Assembly (NCBI GenBank): GCA_903921325.1
Contig: CAIXPL010000030.1
Coordinates: 10,032 to 74,031, forward strand
Reading direction: 5' to 3'
Length of the DNA stretch: 64,000 nucleotides
From: an uncultured Pseudomonadota bacterium
GTDB taxonomy: Bacteria > Pseudomonadota > Gammaproteobacteria > Burkholderiales > SG8-39
Part shown: positions 61,875 through 64,000 of the stretch, piece by piece
Layout of the letters: every line of letters starts with the position of its first letter
How positions within the stretch are numbered: the stretch's first letter is position 1
Program-made: the position numbers and the translations under genes
Notes under the pieces: model-generated
Seen by the model: the letters and a program-made list of their open reading frames with translations, nothing else
Databases searched by the model: none
What the model was told of the DNA's origin: nothing

Positions 61875-62409
61875 TCACGCATTGCGAAACACCACGCTGG
61901 TGACGCCCCCACCGGGCGGTGCCTGATGAACTGAATCGGCGGAAACAAAAAATCGCAGATGCCCGAGAAGGCTGCCAAGCACGCCAGAGGCCGCCGCACG
62001 GATATGCGATTCGGGTGCCCAACTGCTCGCGTAGACAATGGTGCGCGAGCCGCGTACCAGATTGTCCTCGGCGACCATAGTCTTGGCGATCAGGGCTTCG
62101 ATCCGATCACCGTCGAGCAACTCGCCATAGGCATCGAACTGGAATCCTTCACTTGCGAGCAGTGCCCTGATCGAGCGCTTCCAGAAGATTCCAGATGCCG
62201 ACCCGATTGCCCCAGTCGCGCCAGGAAAAATTCACGACATCGGGTTCGGGTTGTCGCGGGTTCAGATCAGGTGCGAGCCCTTCGCCGAACGGAAACGTCT
62301 CGACATTGATGGCGATATACACCGCCAGCCGTCGCCCATCGGGCCAATCCCACAGCGGCCGATCAATGATGGGCGAGTAGTCATAGCGACCGTGTGTGCG
62401 CAGGCTCAT
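61875..62409 (-). pseudogene. gene remnants: N-terminal 86 codons of a polysaccharide-deacetylase/PuuE-like gene fused out of frame to an unrelated about 80-codon fragment
   Basis: 62409-62149 reads MSLRTHGRYDYSPIIDRP.WDWP.GRRLAVYIAINVE.F.FG..., PDV.NFSWRDWGNRVGIWNLL, the typical N-terminus of an about 300-aa family, then stops. The continuation (62120-61875) is in another frame and does not resemble the rest of that family. Confidence 0.55.
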
Positions 62410-62945
62410 GCGCCGCCAGCCAATGGCAGCACCAGGCGGTAGGCAAGCCCAAACTGCTCATCGAGACGGCAGTTGTGGTGATCGATCTGATTGGTGTCGG
62501 ATAGTTCGAGATTGAAAAAATCCACACTCTGCGCTTCGAAATAGGGCCCCACGTGCCAGGTGGAGCGATGCAGCGCGACCGCGACCGTACCAGGAATGCT
62601 GAAGGCGCGAATCGATGCGAGGTCGGCCAGCGCGTCGGGGTTGTCGGGGTCTTGCGGCGAGGCGACTGCGAGTATCCACTGATGCCCGCCAACCGATGCA
62701 AGGCACTGCGTGACTGCGATGTGTCGGGTCAGGTGACGAAAACTCAGTTCGCGGTGATGCAGCCGCATGACATAGAAGCGCGGGGTGCCACGCGCGAGCT
62801 CGAGTTGCGCTTCGTCCCGACCGAATGGCTTGCCGTCTTCGGCGGCTTCGATCAATGTGCCATAGGGGGCAAAGGCTGTGGTGCCGATCGGCTCGACTGC
62901 CAGATCGATCAGCTGGACATCTCTCACCATGGGACTCGCGGTCAT
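62406..62945 (-). CDS. ureidoglycolate lyase (AllA)-like cupin family protein
   Basis: L.VEP....AFAPYG.LIE, L.RH...TQC., IRAF...G...V.LHR.TWH. Length 179 aa. The stop overlaps the start of the deacetylase remnant. Confidence 0.55.
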   Translation of the reverse strand: MTASPMVRDVQLIDLAVEPIGTTAFAPYGTLIEAAEDGKPFGRDEAQLELARGTPRFYVMRLHHRELSFRHLTRHIAVTQCLASVGGHQWILAVASPQDPDNPDALADLASIRAFSIPGTVAVALHRSTWHVGPYFEAQSVDFFNLELSDTNQIDHHNCRLDEQFGLAYRLVLPLAGGA

Positions 62946-63162
62946 TGGGCCTACTCTCTATTGAAACCATTTGTGCTCGAGTCGATCGAGAAATCCGTCA
63001 CCAGCGCGTCGGTCCAGAGCGTCGGCATGACTGCAAGAAAAATGGCGATATCGAAATCCACGGTCAGCCGCCAAGTGCGGCCAGAGTCATGACCACAGAA
63101 CCAGCAGCTAAAACCGTGCCACTTTTTGGTGCGTGGCAACCCGCGGTGGGCGTTCGATCAGG

Positions 63163-64000
63163 TCAATCGCTCGCCGCAGTGAATCCCGATGCGCGGATGA
63201 TCGGTCCCCAGCGTTCGGTGTCCGCTCGCACCATGGCCTGGAACGCTTCAGCGGTGTATTCGCGTGGCTCCAGTTCGAATGAATGCATACGCTCGCGCAC
63301 CTCGGCTGTGCGAATGGCGCGAATGACAATGTCGTTATAGCGTTGCACGAGTTCGGGGCGCATTCCGGCCGGGCCAAACAGGCCATACCAACCCGAGGTC
63401 GCGAGCATCGGAAAACCCAGTTCCTTGAATGAAGGAACATTGGGCAGACTCTGTGAGCGGCCCTCGCCGGTCTGCGCGAGGATGCGGATCTTGCCGCTGT
63501 GGGCATAGGACAGCATGCCCCCCACGGTCAGCATGGCCGAGGGCAAGTGTCCGGCTACCAGATCGACCAGCGCCGGCCCGGTGCCGCGATAGGGCACATG
63601 AATCATATTGGCCCCGCTCGCCTGCGCGAGCAGCGCGCCATAGAAGTGAATATTGGTACCCGCACCGGCCGAACCGTAACCAACCGGGGCGGACTGTGTT
63701 CGGGTCCAGGTGAGAAAGCTGCGCAGATCAGCGGCAGGCACGGAGGGGTTTACCGCCAGACCGATGCGGTAGTCACCGGTGTGGGCGATCGCGACAAAAT
63801 CCTGCATCGGCAGGTACGCGGGCTTGATCACCGTGTGCTGATAAACGCTGATATTGGAGTCTGGTGCAATCAGCAGCGTGCTGCCATCGGCGGGCGCGCC
63901 CTTGAGTAATTCGGCACCGATCACCCCGGCCGCGCCGCTGCGGGTCTCGACGACAAAGCTGCGTCCGGTGCCCTCTGAGAATTTCTCGGCCAGTACGCGC
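63163..64000 (-). CDS. Bug-family (TctC-like) substrate-binding protein, 5' end outside the window
   Basis: The frame stays open to base 64000 (..VLAEKFSEGTGRSFVVETRSGAAGVIGAELL..). Bug blocks YGSAGAGTNIHF and VPYRGTGPA. Stop at 63163. Confidence 0.85.
   Translation of the reverse strand, partial: RVLAEKFSEGTGRSFVVETRSGAAGVIGAELLKGAPADGSTLLIAPDSNISVYQHTVIKPAYLPMQDFVAIAHTGDYRIGLAVNPSVPAADLRSFLTWTRTQSAPVGYGSAGAGTNIHFYGALLAQASGANMIHVPYRGTGPALVDLVAGHLPSAMLTVGGMLSYAHSGKIRILAQTGEGRSQSLPNVPSFKELGFPMLATSGWYGLFGPAGMRPELVQRYNDIVIRAIRTAEVRERMHSFELEPREYTAEAFQAMVRADTERWGPIIRASGFTAASD

Noticed and set aside
62951-63139. 62-aa ORF on the minus strand in the gap between the Bug gene and the lyase-like gene (candidate small TctB-like protein)
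   Set aside because: It has one weak hydrophobic stretch only, no SD, and a composition unlike TctB. It is probably a non-coding promoter region.

Overview
GC-rich chromosomal segment (about 60-65 % GC by eye, not computed). It looks like a Betaproteobacterium, probably Burkholderiales. Supporting evidence: the tsaE-amidase-(dedA)-mutL-miaA and trxB-crp-ftsK-lolA-rarA-serS gene orders, and several Bug/TctC-type binding proteins. I can support about 57 protein-coding calls (one an 18-codon micro-ORF), one tRNA-Ser(CGA), two decayed genes, and several short tandem or direct repeats. I saw no rRNA, CRISPR array, transposase, integrase or phage gene.

Bases 1-37100 are mostly housekeeping genes (adk, hppA, ggt, miaA, mutL, tsaE, queG, an ABC-F protein, rhlE, glnB, trxB, ftsK, lolA, rarA, serS), mixed with small catabolic and transport modules.

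Downstream of tRNA-Ser (37459-37546) the content becomes accessory and mosaic. It includes visibly AT-richer genes: an OFA-type MFS transporter, an ABC-2 exporter and a YVTN beta-propeller. It also holds a Liv-type importer, a possibly decaying HigB/HigA-like toxin-antitoxin pair, gene remnants, an uncharacterised secreted protein with one CXXCH motif, and a PQQ alcohol dehydrogenase operon. That dehydrogenase carries the D-x-D signature of lanthanide-dependent enzymes, and no cytochrome gene sits beside it.

The recurring structural oddity is short (12-36 bp) tandem duplication. Several copies lie in frame inside genes (amidase, tsaE, livF-like). Three span a stop codon (ggt, pdxA-like, dehydrogenase at 49140).

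I found no clear-cut new multi-gene system. The best candidates for follow-up are the heme/beta-propeller locus (50.8-53.6 kb), the cytochrome-less PQQ operon (53.6-59.9 kb), the micro-ORF plus ABC-2 exporter (45.6-47.5 kb) and the expanded TsaE. All family assignments come from motif recognition by eye. No database search was run.
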